A stretch of 64,000 bases of DNA from the human T2T-CHM13v2.0 reference genome, Homo sapiens: NCBI RefSeq assembly GCF_009914755.1, contig NC_060926.1, one strand, 5' to 3'. How positions within the stretch are numbered: the stretch's first letter is position 1; each line of letters begins with the position of its first letter. The notes beneath the pieces are model-generated. The model worked only from the letters and a program-made list of their open reading frames with translations. It was not told the origin of the DNA and did not search any database. A program made the position numbers and the translations under genes. Below are positions 12,469 to 25,560 of this stretch, piece by piece.

Positions 12469-15400
12469 TAAGTATGTTTGTGGAAAGATCTCTGTGGTGA
12501 CTTCATTATACATTTGTTCTTATGTATAGTAGAATCCCATGTGTTTGTTATACTGTACATAGAGCTTTGTTTGATGTTATTCATATTTTCTTAATTCATT
12601 TGACAATAAATTGGGTTGTTAGCAATTTTCATGTTTAAAAAATATTCCCCAGCTTCTATTATTTATGGCAATTCTTTAGAGGAGGCCACTATTTGTTTCT
12701 CTAGGCTAGGCATATGGTATATTTAGAGTTATACCTACTGAGGCTTTTTTATAAAGTTCAATTTTACTGCTAGCTTTAGGTTATTCGTCTCCTGTCCAAT
12801 TTGTTTCAGTTTTCTATTTACTTTCCTATTTTTGGAACCAGATTAATACCCTACTGCATTTTTACCCATAAGTAAGAGCTTTAAAAAAAAGTAACCAAAT
12901 TATAACGTTAAGAGAGGAACACATCTTTACTATTTGGGCATGAGGAGGATACATTATGTGTCAGATTGAACCTAACATACTGTTCATAAAAATATTGAAT
13001 TTTGATGTGTGTATGTGTTTATGTAAATGTCAGTATATCTGCATATACTTATTCATTCTCCTCCACTGCTTCTCTTTAGAATATGAGGTCTTTTTGAGGG
13101 CAAGGGCTGTCTTTCTACTTTTGCAACTCATTCCAGTCCCTGTACATTATCTTGTGGGTTGTCAAATTGTATTCACTGGAAGCCTCATTTGAAAACGTAG
13201 CCTTCTCTCTGGATGAGTGGTGCCTAGTTCCACAGAAATAAACAAATATATTAGAACTCTGGTCTCTTATGCTGTGATTTGTCATTAGAATTCTCAAAAA
13301 TGTGAGCTCTTCTAGAGGAAAGAGATCAGAATCCCCAAATTATCATTGCCCAAAAAGTCTTTACAATTTTCCTGGAACATCTTGGGTGTTTCATTCCCCA
13401 TTGCAATCTAACACAACAATGTAAATGGGAAGGTTGCTATTATGTACACATGCTCCTCATAAGTTGATCTGAATCTGTTAGTGAAATCAATATTTATCAT
13501 CTTTCATAAAAGCCTCCTTTTTAAACCAAAACCTATCACCATGATAGCTCTTTCTCTAAAAGTGCCTAAATGACAGCAATACTCGAGTAGCTTTCTGCTA
13601 AGTATATTTGTGATGCTAAATACTTTGAGCATGCAGCTTGTCCAAAGCTCTTATCAAGGCATAAAACATCTTCTAAATAGTTTATTATATTATCAGGTTA
13701 GTTGGCTAATGCCCTTGACTCTGCTTTGTATATTGAAATACCTAATATATTTTAATTTTTCACAGTCTCTAATGTGTTGAGTAGATTTAAGTGCACTTGC
13801 ACTGTACATTTTTTGCTACATATTTTTTTAAATGTTGCCTAATAGAAGATTAAATATGAGGACATTAAAGCCCTGTTGGACTTACATTTCCCTTTATGAG
13901 TTCTTCACATGGTGGAAACCAACAGAGTTCCAGACAACTATATATTTTGTTTATTAATTGCAAAGCACATGTTCAGTATGTTTGAATAAAAATTTTGTAT
14001 CAAGATTAATTACCTGTGCTTTTTATAAGTACATACTATTTAAATGCATTTTGAAATCATTTTTATTATGTTTGCAACTGAATGAGAGTATATAAATTAA
14101 ATATATGTGTTCTCTAGAAGCAGCTGCTATTTTAAAGGTGTGTCTTCTCCCCAAAGAGAGGTATTCTAAATTTGGAAATGAATAATGTAATAAATTTTAT
14201 TTTTCGTAGCAGGGTAATGATGTTTTTAATAATTTCTTGTTTCCAAAGATATACAAATATATTTTAGGATGAAGATGACTTTGGGATAAGAAAAATTTAT
14301 ATGGAGAAGTAGCTTATGCTCATTCTGATACTGCTTTATTAACTATATTAGCAGCATGTTGGGATGTGAAAATAGGATAACTGCCATTCTATTACAATAT
14401 TTGTTTACACAGAAATATATGGCTATGCTTCAGATTTAATTTGGTTTTATCAGTGTTGGCCTCTTGCATCTTTTCAACCAGCCCGACTCTCTGATCCTGA
14501 CCTAGGCCTGATCATTCCTGGCAGACTGCTGCTCACTTTGGACGTAGAACTTTGGCAGGAGCCCCAGACTTTACTGGAGCAAGAAATCATCTTCCTGGGT
14601 ATCCATATGGAAGGCAGCCCAAACCGATCCATGATTGAGCACATTCAGGTGTACTGTTCTTACATGCGGAGGGGAGGTTGGTGGTTTTACCTTGGATAAG
14701 AACTTGTTTTAAATGTGAAACATCACATGCCATATAATTAAGGGCTGCAGAGTGATTTATTCCTCAGGACTATTTGGGAGGATTTAATTTAGAAGACAAA
14801 ACCCCTAAAACATTTTACCTCTCTCTGCATAGTAATAATCCCAAAGCCCAGGCATACACCCTATCTTGGAGGTGGCATAAAATGCCTTATATAAGCTGGT
14901 GTTCTTCCATTTGTATCCTTTATGCCGGTCAGCTAGCCCCGACTCTGTGCTCTCAAGTTGTGGCATTGCACTAATTGAGCTGAATGGAGCTTAGAGGAGA
15001 GGCAATTTTTCTTTTTTGTTCTTGCCCTGTCGCCATTTCCAAGAAAAATTGTTTTTTTCTCCTCAAGAGATTCCTCTCCCCCAACATTTGTATCCACACA
15101 CACCCTATTGTAGATCATTGCAAAGTACTACCCCCTCAGGCTTGTTAAATCTTTTGAATCTTTGATCATTATTCTTGCGAGCTGTCAGAATCAATCATGA
15201 GAAGCAATTTTCCTGTATCTGTTGTCCATGTAGTCTTACATTTTACTATATTTTTTCATACTGGTTATTGCTACTCTGCATTGCATCCAAACTCAGTTTT
15301 AGCTGTTCTTCAAGGTATTTGCTATGCACCTCTAGAATGTTCTCTTCTAGGCTGGCTTGTCAAATGTCCCTAAGGCTGCCCTTGGGCAGGGTTGTCAGGA

Positions 15401-15779
15401 TTGGCTGGAGACAGCTATAAAATTGTGAAGCTGGCAAATTTTGTCTAATTTTGCCATTGGGAGTCTTTCACTGTCCTCCCACATCTCATATTATCCCTAA
15501 TCCCTTAACTCCTAAAGCCCTGAAATATTAGATAGCATTAGCTTCAACAGGAAAATCAAATCATCTGTAATTTTGCAAAACTGTCTTCTTAACCAAGTGC
15601 TTCAAGTAGAAGCTCCCAAGTAGTTTTCTAGAAAAACATTACAACCTGCTTTTCAAATTTTCTCTGAATCAGTCTGTCATTTAAGCTTTAAATAAAGAGT
15701 GAAAAGCTCTCCCCTCCTTTCAGGCATTGAAAGAATAAGAATCTGACTGTATGTGTGTAAATTTTTTATACTAAATGCA

Positions 15780-17087
15780 CCAGAGGACTTTAAAAAGTTT
15801 GTGGAAAAATGGAATTAACAGATAAAAATGCAAAAGATAAACTTTCTCAACATAATCTCCATCCAGGTCAAGACACTTCTGTAAGCGATGATACTAGCCA
15901 TTTAGTCCACCCCTAAATAAATGAAGGTTCTGGGAATTTAACCATGTCAATGCAATCAATCATTTTTTACATTATTAACTAAACAAAAATGGGTGCCCTT
16001 TCAAGATGTTTTTAAGATTAGGAAACAAACAAAAAAAAAAGTTAGAAGAACCAAATCAGGACTGTAAGTGGATGCCTAATAATTTCCTATGAAAAACTCA
16101 CAAATTTGCTCTTGTTTGATGAAAGGAATAAGAAGGAGCATTGTTGTGATAAAGAAGGAATCTCTGGTGAAGGTTTCCCAGGGGTCTTTCTGCTAAAGTT
16201 TTTATTACCTTTCGGGAAACACTCTCACAATAAGTGGATGTGATCATTCTTTGAACCTCCAGAAAGTTAACAAGCAAAATGCCTTGAGCATTCCAAAAAA
16301 CTATTTTTATGAACTCTGCTTTTGACTGGTCTGCTTTTACTTTGACTGGACCACTTCCTTCTCTTGGTAGCCATTGCTTTGATTGTGCTTTGTCTTCAGG
16401 ATAGTACTGATAAAGCCATGTTTCATCTCCTGTTACAATTCTTTCAAAAAAATGCATCAGGATCTGGATCCCACTTTTTAAAACTTCCATTGATAGCTCT
16501 GCTTTTGTCTTGCAGCTAATCTGGACGCAATAGTTTTGGCACCCATCAAGCGGAAAGCTTGCTCAAATTTAATTTGTTTTCAGTCAGAATTTCATAATTC
16601 TGCAGTAGTTGAGACATCTATAGTATTGGCTATTGTGTATGCTGTTAATCATCAGTCATTTTCAATTCAGGCAATACCAATATAAAATTTTTCCTCAAAA
16701 ATTGATGTGCATGGTCTGTCCCTTTGGGCTTCATCTTCAACAGTGTCTAATACCTTCTTAAAATGAGTTATCTTCTTGTAAAGTGCTTTTATTTTATTTG
16801 GTGCACTGTCTCCATAAACTTTTCATAAAGATCAGTGATTACACCATTCTTGCACCCACGCTTTCCCATAAATTTGATTTTTGTTCTTGCTCTAGTTTTA
16901 GCAGAATTCATGTTGCTCTGATAGGGCCTCTTTTCAAACTGATATCTTTCTTACTGCATCAAACTAGATCCTGTCCAGACATGTTGTAACAAGTTCATAT
17001 GAGTTGATTTTGGTGCAAAAAATTTTGAAATCTGTGTGTCCTTTTTTCACCATACACATTTTCCATGAACTTTTTAAGGACCTCTTA
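15780..17087 (-). mobile_element. Full-length Hsmar2 mariner DNA transposon (defective transposase)
   Basis: Inverted ends CAGAGGACTTTAAAAAGTTTGTGGAAAAATG (from 15781) and CATTTTCCATGAACTTTTTAAGGACCTCTT (17057-17086); about 1.3 kb long. ORF 16098-16490(-) contains the mariner motif RIVTGDETWLYQYYPEDKAQSKQW. Confidence 0.9.
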
Positions 17088-17359
17088 TACTAGTTTGAAA
17101 ATTAAATCCAAACCGATGGGAGTACAGTATCTTTTAAAAAAAAAATCTAAAAAAGAAATTTCCTAATATCATTTGAGAGTAAGATTCTAAATTGCATGCT
17201 AAGTCTCCCATTCTTTAGATTTTTTAAAGCTTTATTCCAATATTAAGATAAAGTGACAGAAAGCAAGTGACCTATGTATTGTCACAGGTTCCTGCAGAAA
17301 AACATTTGTTAAAACATGAGTTTATTTTTTTCTACATGACTTAAGATTCAAGATAGAAA

Positions 17360-17653
<294 letters not shown>

Positions 17654-18079
17654 AAGATTCAAGATAAAAATAATAATCTCTCTAAGGAACCTATCTAGGT
17701 CTTTTGAAATCTGGAGTTTATTGATCATAACCGTTATTGGTCATAAGAATGGAAAAATCACTGGGATTGGGAGGAGACTGTTACAAAAACAGCTTTCCAG
17801 GCACCTGCTCTGGAATCTGTAGTTCAGTACACTTAGAGTGGATTAAGGAACGTGTATTTGTTAAAACAAAAATGGTTTATTTTTGCTGGTTCTTCTGATC
17901 AGGCAGGTTTGTGAATACTACCAGGGTTAAGATTCTTGCCCAATGAAGCCATCATTTCTTCTGAAGTCAGCCATGGAAAAACTTTTCTCTGCAGTTGACT
18001 TAGCCTACCCTTTCTAATTCAAACAATGAAAGTAATCACTCCTTGTCTGCATGATACCATACCCAAAGCAAATCTGTGA

Positions 18080-18350
18080 GTACCCTTCCATTTTACAGAA
18101 GAGGAAACTAAGGTTTAGAAGATGTAATAGCTTGTCCAGTGTCACCCACTGGTACATTAAGTGGTTAAGACTCAATCAGTTCTCTTTCCAAATTGAACTT
18201 TTCTGAGTCTCCATTTCATAATCTGGTCAATGAGTATAATTGTGACAACTATCTCATAAGCTTATTATGATTATTAAATAAGCTGAAGTGAATATAAACT
18301 TCTTATCTTGTTGCTTGATACACGGTAAGTACTTGATAGATGTTAAGTAT
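18080..18350. mobile_element. MIR fragments (two, opposite orientations)
   Basis: MIR core CCATTTTACAGAAGAGGAAACTAAGG and TTCTGAGTCTCCATTTC...TATTATGATTATTAAATAAG. Confidence 0.6.
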
Positions 18351-18689
18351 GAACATTTTTCCTTGGTCTCTAACGTATATCTGCTTCCACATCAGTTTAC
18401 TTGTATTTATATTATATTGCCTTTTAGAAATAAATTATGCAGATTGCTCCTCTTTTTGCATTTATCTCATGGAGCATTTGGATTCAAATATTTTCATTGT
18501 AATGATTCAGCTCAGATGAATAGTAAAAGCTGTTGTCACTGCTTCCTGTATGGAAGCAGTCTGTTTTATTTTATTCCTAAACACCTTATTTGGCATAGCA
18601 TTTTTTCCCTAATGACAAAAAGTAATATAACTTTTAAATAACTTCCCATGAGTGTGTAATTCTTTGGCCCTTTTTGTATATTTATAAGA

Positions 18690-19257
18690 AGGAGTGCAGA
18701 CAGAAAGGCACACAAATCATTAGGTACACAACTCTATGATTTTTCACAAAGTAAACATTCTCTCTCACTTACTACCCAGGTCAAGAAGTAACATATCATC
18801 AATATATCAGATGACCCCTCTGTTTCCTAAATCCTTCACGGCCACCTTCCTCTCACCAAATATAACTACTATTCAGATTTTTAACATAATAGATTAGTTT
18901 TATCACTGAGGAAAACAACTTTACGTAAGTGGAATTTTGCATTATGTACTCTTTCACGTCTACCTTTTTCTACTTAATATTATTATTCATGATGTTACAT
19001 GTAGCAATATTTTGTTGACTTTTAGTGCCTTATTTCATTGTATATACTTCATTATTTTATTGTATATACCACATTTTTTCATTTTATTGTTGATGGGCAT
19101 TTCGGTTATTTCCAGTCTGGGGCTATTACAAATAACACTATGACCATTCTTGTATAAGTCTTTTAATAATAGACACATATGTATGCATTTCTATTCAGTA
19201 CATGCCTAAGAGTAGAATTGCTAGATCATAGGATATGTAGATATTCAATTTCAGTAA
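18690..19257 (-). mobile_element. Ancient L1ME-type 3' fragment
   Basis: Antisense L1M motifs TTGTTGATGGGCATTT..GTTATTTCCAG, CCTAAGAGTAGAATTGCTAGATCATAGG and ACTACCCAGGTCAAGAAG. Confidence 0.75.
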
Positions 19258-19979
19258 GCAATTGGCATTTCATCTTAACTTGTAAACTATCACAGGTCTT
19301 CGTAAATACAGATAGTAGATAATTTTAGATAATGACTTAACATATGACCTGACACCCTGAAAAATAAAAGCCATGGGTGCAATAAACGTTTATCTCAACA
19401 CTTCTCATCACAGCATATCAGTAACTGCTGCCTAGTCCTGAGTCATATATCTTGTCCCAAATGGCAAAAGTACACGAGCACTACCTTCCCACTGGACTCT
19501 GCTCACTGCACTCCAAAATAACCATCATAACCATTATGTTTCCTGTCTCTTATCTCCTTCCCTCCTCCCCTCCTCTTCAATCTATTCTTCGTACAGAAAC
19601 CTTAATTTTCTACCTCATAAGTCTGATAAGCCTCAAACATTTTCAAAGCTTCTTGTTGCCTTTGAGATAACATACAAACTACATGGTATAGTTTTAAAAA
19701 CGTTTTATGACCCCTCCCCAATAACACTTTTCTGAGCCAGAGACATGCTCAAATAACCATGCTCAGGTAAACTGCTGAGGAGTCAGAAGGAAGGAGCCAC
19801 TTTTGTGTTTCTATCTCCTCATCAGCCCTCATCCAGGCTGTCTCATAAAGAGTATGAAAGTTTCATGTCCTCAGGTTGATCATATAAATCAACTGATTGG
19901 TATCAAATATGGTGTCTGTTAATTAAACTTGTCTTTCAACTTACTTTGCAAGTCACCAGAGATTCTTTAATGAAATTAT

Positions 19980-21050
19980 ACATAGTAATCTGCCTTTGTC
20001 TGCAGTTTTCCTTTCCATGGATTCAATTACCTGCATTCAATGTTAAAAGAAAAATTCCAGAAATAAACAATCCATAAGTTTTACATTGTGCAGCATCCTG
20101 CATAGGGTGATGAAATCTCATGCCTCATCTCTGTGTCCTGCTTGGGACATGAAACATCCCTTTGTCCAGTGTCTCCATGCTGTATACTCTGTTTACCAGT
20201 TAGTCACTTAGTAGTCCTCTTGGTTATCAGATTGAGGAAGAAAAATAAGCAACTCTATATCTGAGAAATGTGAGCTTCTTCAAGTTATAAAAGCTCACAG
20301 GGGCATTGAAAATGTAACAGCATTCACTCACTCCCTCTTGAGCTAAATAATTATCTTTTGAAGACACTTGCTGTGTGGGCTCTAGACTAACTGAGACCAA
20401 GTAGCCGTCAAATGCTGTGCATGCTATAGTTCACCAATGCATAGCCAATCACTAACCAATGCTATTTCTATAAGCCAATACGAATTCATGACGAACAACT
20501 TTTGTAATTGCTCCCTCTCCTGATTCATCCTTTTAAAACAAAATAAAACAAACAAACAAAACTTGAGCCTCTCCTTTGTTCTCCAAAGCACTCTGCAAGG
20601 CAACCTGGAAGTGTGTTCCAGGCTGCAGTCCTCAACATTGGCCCAAATAAACTCTCTATATTAATTTAGCCTCAGCTTCTTCCTTTTAGGTTGACAAGAT
20701 TGGCTGTTGTGGTATTGCAGTGCCTGTGTTCAAGTAAACCTTATTTTACTTAAAAATGGCTCAGAAGCACAAGAGTAGTGAAGCTCACAATTCACGTATG
20801 CCAAAGAGAAGCCATGAAGTGCTTCCTTTAAGTGAATAGGTACAAATTCTCAACTTAATAAGGAAAGAAAAAAATTGTATGCTGAGGTTGCTAAGATCTA
20901 CGGTAAGAGGTAAATCTTCTATCTGTGAAATTGTGAAGAAGGAAAACAAGTCCATGCATAGTAATACAGGGTTTGGCACTATTCACAGTTTCAGGCATCC
21001 ACTGGGAGTCTTGGAATGTATCCCCCATGGGGAAGGGGGCACAGTACAGT
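19980..21050 (+). mobile_element. MER44 (Tigger7-derived) DNA transposon split by a solo LTR
   Basis: MER44 blocks AAAATTCCAGAAATAAACAAT and AGTTAGTCACTTAGTAG..GGTTATCAGAT; it resumes after 20700 with GTATTGCAGTGCCTGTGTTCAAGTAA and TTTCAGGCATCCACTGGGAGTCTTGGAATGTATCCCC. Orientation is nominal. Confidence 0.8.
20233..20696 (+). mobile_element. ERV1-class solo LTR (LTR37/MER34-group-like), 464 bp
   Basis: TG...CA termini; exact 4-bp TSD AGAT at 20229-20232 and 20697-20700; CCAAT boxes; AATAAA at 20646-20651; ends TTTAGGTTGACA. Family name uncertain. Confidence 0.85.
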
Positions 21051-21522
21051 ATTTGAGCTTGCTCTATTTCCTTTTTCTTGGAACTGTTCATCACATTCCT
21101 TCTACATTGGATTTAAAATCATGTTCGATTGTCATGTAAATAAAGACAGCTCACAAATCTAGAGACAGCAAGGACCATGTAGCGTAAGCCAGGGGGCAAC
21201 TACAACACAAAGACAGAAATTGTGGTTGCTTTTCTCTGTATTCAGAGCAAGGAGATACAACTGTATTGAACTTATAATTGGTCCAAAATTTTATATTTTG
21301 CTAATTTAAAGGGACATTTCACACTTCCATGCATGTATTTTTATACCATATTTTAAAATCTTGTTCAAACTCAACTGCTTTTTTTTTCTTCTCTTTTTCT
21401 GGGAGTCTGAAACAAACTCAACTTTTTACTCTTTCCTACCTGACAACCTATTTAATATAACATGCTGCCCCTACCTTCCATCACTCCCCCCATTTACCCT
21501 TCTGTGGCTTTTCTTTCTCTAC

Positions 21523-22153
21523 TATCATTCCAAAGACCACCAGGATGGCCAAATAATAGCTACAAGAGCTTTATTGGCAATATTGGTTATCAAGCCTGGA
21601 AGTAAAAGTCTCCAGTGTGGACAAAAGATGTTCTCTCTTTGAAGAGGAGAAGGACATATTGGGTTTTTGCCTCACAGAGCCAGTATCATCCATATTTAGC
21701 AGGTTTAGGGGAAAAGCTGTACATGTATATGAGGTGAGGTGAGTGCATAAACAATGGATAGACATATATGTAACAAATATCTCATCTTCACTTGGGAGGG
21801 CTTTAGCATTAAAATGAGGTGGAATTTTGCACTTTATGTCAAAAAGTTATCTGTAAGACACAAAGGCAGCTTCTGCACAGCCTCTATAAGCTGACTAAAA
21901 CTGGCTTAAAGTCTGCAATAGCTTATCAGAAAAGGATGTTTGTAAGGCTGGTCCTCTGTGTAATCAGAGTTGTAGGTCTGGGTTGTAAATCAGGGTTGAT
22001 GGCTCCTATGGTTAGGAGGTTTAGACCATAGGAATATAGATATTTGTCATGCCAGCCGGACCCTGAATCTCTAACTTGTAGATAACTGTTTTTTTAACCT
22101 TTAGGTCCATCATAATTGATAGAGGGGCATCTGGTTGGGTCTCTCACATTACA
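21523..22153 (-). mobile_element. ERV1 solo LTR (MER72-like)
   Basis: The reverse complement begins TGTAATGTGAGAGACCCAACCAGATGCCCCTCTATCAA and ends CCATCCTGGTGGTCTTTGG, resembling MER72. Near-TSD CTAC/TTAC. Confidence 0.7.
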
Positions 22154-22262
22154 TTACAATATGATTTCCTCATTTACTTTTTGGTTTTAATGTTTATCCC
22201 TCCCCAAAACCCTCAAAACATATACTACTCAGTTCCCACAAGTGACTTGAAAACTGCTAACA

Positions 22263-22680
22263 GTGTTATCTTAGGTTGGGTTCTTCCAGAAAGAGTGCAG
22301 AATTCAGGAGTAAGATTTTTATTATTAAGTGCAGACAACACCATTAGGAAAGTGAGTAGGAAGTGTTACAAAGAGAAGAAGAAGCCAAGAGAGACACATT
22401 ATTAAGCCAGGTACCATAGTGGCCACTGAAGTTTAAGCTTGTGGGTAACTCTGGGAGGCTGTGCGAAACACTTGCCTCAGATTTATCTCACCTGAAGGGC
22501 CAGGGAGCTAGAATATTCATAAGGAAATTTCTGAGAGTCCCTGGTGGAGGGAATGTTAAGTCTTTGCACTTTGTACTAAGCATAAGCAGTCTTCTGTTCT
22601 GGAAGAAACCCTTAGGCATAGAAATACAGATTCCAGTAGTTGGAATTTGGCCAGAGCACAGTGAAAAGTTGCTATTAGTA
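22263..22680 (-). mobile_element. ERVL solo LTR (LTR16/LTR50-like)
   Basis: TCTTAGGTTGGGTTCTTCCAGAA start, AACTCTGGGAG..CCTCAGATTTATCTCACC. Diverged. Confidence 0.55.
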
Positions 22681-23334
22681 TTATCTCCATATTGAAGAGC
22701 TGCTCAATTGACTGTTTAAAAAATTATTTATTTATTTATTTATTTATTTTACTGAGGATAGTGTGTGGTCTATGCTATCCATGTTGAAACCAGAAGTAAA
22801 TTTTATTTCCAATAAAAATATGCTTTATGATAGCCCAGTGGTCGATTAGATATGTATGTTCAGTCGCTTGTGTTTGGAGTAAAATAGGTGTATAATCATC
22901 TCTCTCTGCAATCTTATGTGGTCTCTCCTGAGACTGATTCCTTATCCTTTGTGGATGTTGAATCAAGATTATTGCAAAGAGCAAATCTGGGTGTAGAGCC
23001 CAAAGCATGTTCCAATTTAGGAGAGAGAAATAAGGACATGCAAAGGCTTCAGAACAATCCTACAAGGAGCCTTTTTTTTCTCCTTTATGTGCTCTGCCAT
23101 ATATTAATCCTTTTTTCTACCACTGCTACCAAGTATAGTTTTGTTTGTCTGAAACTAGGAGTAAGCAGGAGGCAGAGTAGGGTGGGACTGGGATGTGAGC
23201 CCCTTCAATGGCATTCCCCATTCATAAAAAAAAAAAAGAGTACCTGGCTGAACATAACTAAGACATTCCAGGACAATTGAATACTAGAATAAAAGACAGT
23301 TCAAGTTGGGAAGAAGCCTAAAAATATCTAATCT

Positions 23335-23610
23335 ACTAGTTGCCAAACGTGGCTGCACATTAGATTTACATGAGATTTATGACCCCTGCTCCTCTTCCTG
23401 GACCAATTAAATCAGAATATCTAGTAATGTGATCCAACTGTCTATATGTTTATAAATCTCCAGGTGATTCTAATGGGCAGATAAGACTGAGAATTGCTGT
23501 CTAAGGCAACCCCTTCATTCTGTCAATGAGGTAACTGGGACTCAGAGCGGTGATGTGACACCTAATTACTGACTAGAACAGGGGTCCTGACACTTGGTCC
23601 ATCATTGTTC
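23335..23610. mobile_element. MER5A-like hAT MITE followed by a MIR fragment
   Basis: GACCAATTAAATCAGAAT...CTCCAGGTGATTCTAATG (MER5A); AATGAGGTAACTGGGACTCAGAG (MIR). Confidence 0.6.
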
Positions 23611-24364
23611 TTTCCTACTTTGAATACATCTTCCACCCTAATGAATGCAAGTGTAATAAGACATATCAGTAACATGGGTGTGTACTACATGTTCATTGTT
23701 CTTAGAGGCAAACAAGCCAGTAGCACTCTGGCTTCATCCTCTAATATTGCCGTCTGACAATGACTCTCTGAACCACTAATGTCAAGTGGCATTTACCATG
23801 AGCAAGTAATCTCTTTTGGAAGATGGTTTAACTGAACCTGAAGCTTCCAACAACTTTCTATTGCTTAGGTGGGGAAAGACCTTACCTGATGGCTGTGTAT
23901 ATTCCTCTGAATATGTGGAAAAATAAAATATAAGGTATTTCATGTTCCCATGGTTTGGAGTGGCACGATATGGTGGTAAATATATTTTCCTTTGCATTAT
24001 TCATTAAATATTATATGTGTATCCTCATGCTATATAATTAAAAGCATTGCAAGTATTATGCAGGTGGGTAAAATGATATAAGTTTATAATATGGATGAGA
24101 ATTTTGTAGCAAACAGTAATTTGTTCATAAGCCCCAGTAGCTTTCAAAAAGAGAAGTGGTAACAATAAAATGGAATTCAAGGTAACGGTAAATATTTTGG
24201 AAGACTTTAACTCAGTGTACTTGTGCTATTATTCATTCGTTCTTTCATTTATTCATCACACACTTATTTTACTCTACTGCTCAATGAGTTTCCATTGAGC
24301 ACTGGCATTCCAGTTTTGAGTGGGAGGTCATAAAGTGTGAAGTATTGATAATAATGCTCTGGAT

Positions 24365-24585
24365 CAAGCTTGTCCAACCCATGGCCTGCCTGTGGCCCAG
24401 GACGGCTTTAAATGTGGCCCAACACAAATATGTAAACTTTCTTAAAACATTATGAGATGGTTTTTTTTTATGATTTTTTTTTCTTAGCTTATCAGCTATC
24501 ATTAGTGTTACTGTGTTTTATGTGTGGCCCAAGACAATTCTTCTTCCAATGTGGCTCAGGGAAGCCAAAAGATTGGACACGCCTA
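24365..24585. mobile_element. MER30 (hAT-Charlie MITE)
   Basis: CAAGCTTGTCCAACCC...GATTGGACACGCCTA with an 8-bp TSD CTCTGGAT (24357-24364) / CTCTAGAT (24586-24593), typical of hAT-Charlie elements. Confidence 0.9.
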
Positions 24586-24679
24586 CTCTAGATGCTTTGG
24601 CATCTGAGCTGCTTTACCTTTTTCAAATATACATGAAACCAGTTTGCACGCAATCAGCAAAATTGCCCTTTCTCCTCTT

Positions 24680-25560
24680 TATTAGGATGATTTGCAACTA
24701 AAAGAAACCTTAAGCCAAAATGGGCTTGAAGAGTAAGGAAATGCATTACTTCATATAGCAAGAAGTCCAGAGGTTATGGAGACTCCAGGGCAGGTTGGCT
24801 CTGTGGCTCAGCAATGTCATAAAGACAGAGCTTCTTTTCATCTCTGTCTGTTTTGTCATCTTCAGTGTTGGCTTCATCCTCTGGTTGTTAGCAAAATGGC
24901 CCAGCAGTTTGCAGAGTAGCCTCCTGAAGCAGCAGTGACCAAAAGAATAAGAGAGTGTTGCTGTTCTGGGAATCTTAAGTACAATAAAATTCTCCCAATG
25001 CCTCCCCAGCTCCCCCAGAAGCCTTTCCCTCATGCCTCACTGACTGAAGCTGCATGTATGTCCATTCGTGAACTACTCATTGGAAGAAGTACTGGGAAGA
25101 GCTTGATTTGCTCAGACAAGTGGTTTCCAACCTTTTATTTCTTAAACTTCTTGGCACATATAGAAATCTATAATATTTGTCTGACGAACTGGGATACATG
25201 TTCAGAACTGCTTAAGGCAGCAGTGAACGATCTGAGACCCTAGGCTCTGTGGGGTGGTGACAGCAATGTCTCAGTCACACCTGGAATACATTTGTTATAT
25301 ACTGGTGTGGGAGGGCAGGACTTCACAGACTTTAATATGTACGTGAATCATCTGACAGATGTTGTTTCAGTGCACATTGTGATTGAGTAGGTCTGGGGAA
25401 AGGAGATAGCCTGCAATTCTAACAGCTGCCAGATGAGGGCAAAGCTGCTGGTCTGCAGATTACACTTTGAGATGCTAGTGTGTATTAACTAGTGGGAAGG
25501 TTTTTTCGTAGGCTGATCACCTAGGGTGGAATGCTTGTTGAGGAGTAAATAAGAATGTCC
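24680..25560 (-). mobile_element. Old MLT1-type LTR interrupted by hAT MITE fragments (including a MER5A-like piece at about 25310-25475)
   Basis: GGCTCAGCAATGTCATAAAGAC, TTGGCTTCATCCTC, TTCCCTCATGCCTCACTG (MLT1); GCCTGCAATTCTAACAG..GATTACACTTTGAG (MER5A). Confidence 0.5.

Noticed and set aside
14440-14700. GC-richer stretch with a stop-free frame (WPLASFQPARLSDPDLGLIIPG...)
   Set aside because: No recognisable protein similarity, a weak donor, and not in frame with the upstream exon at the nearest acceptor.
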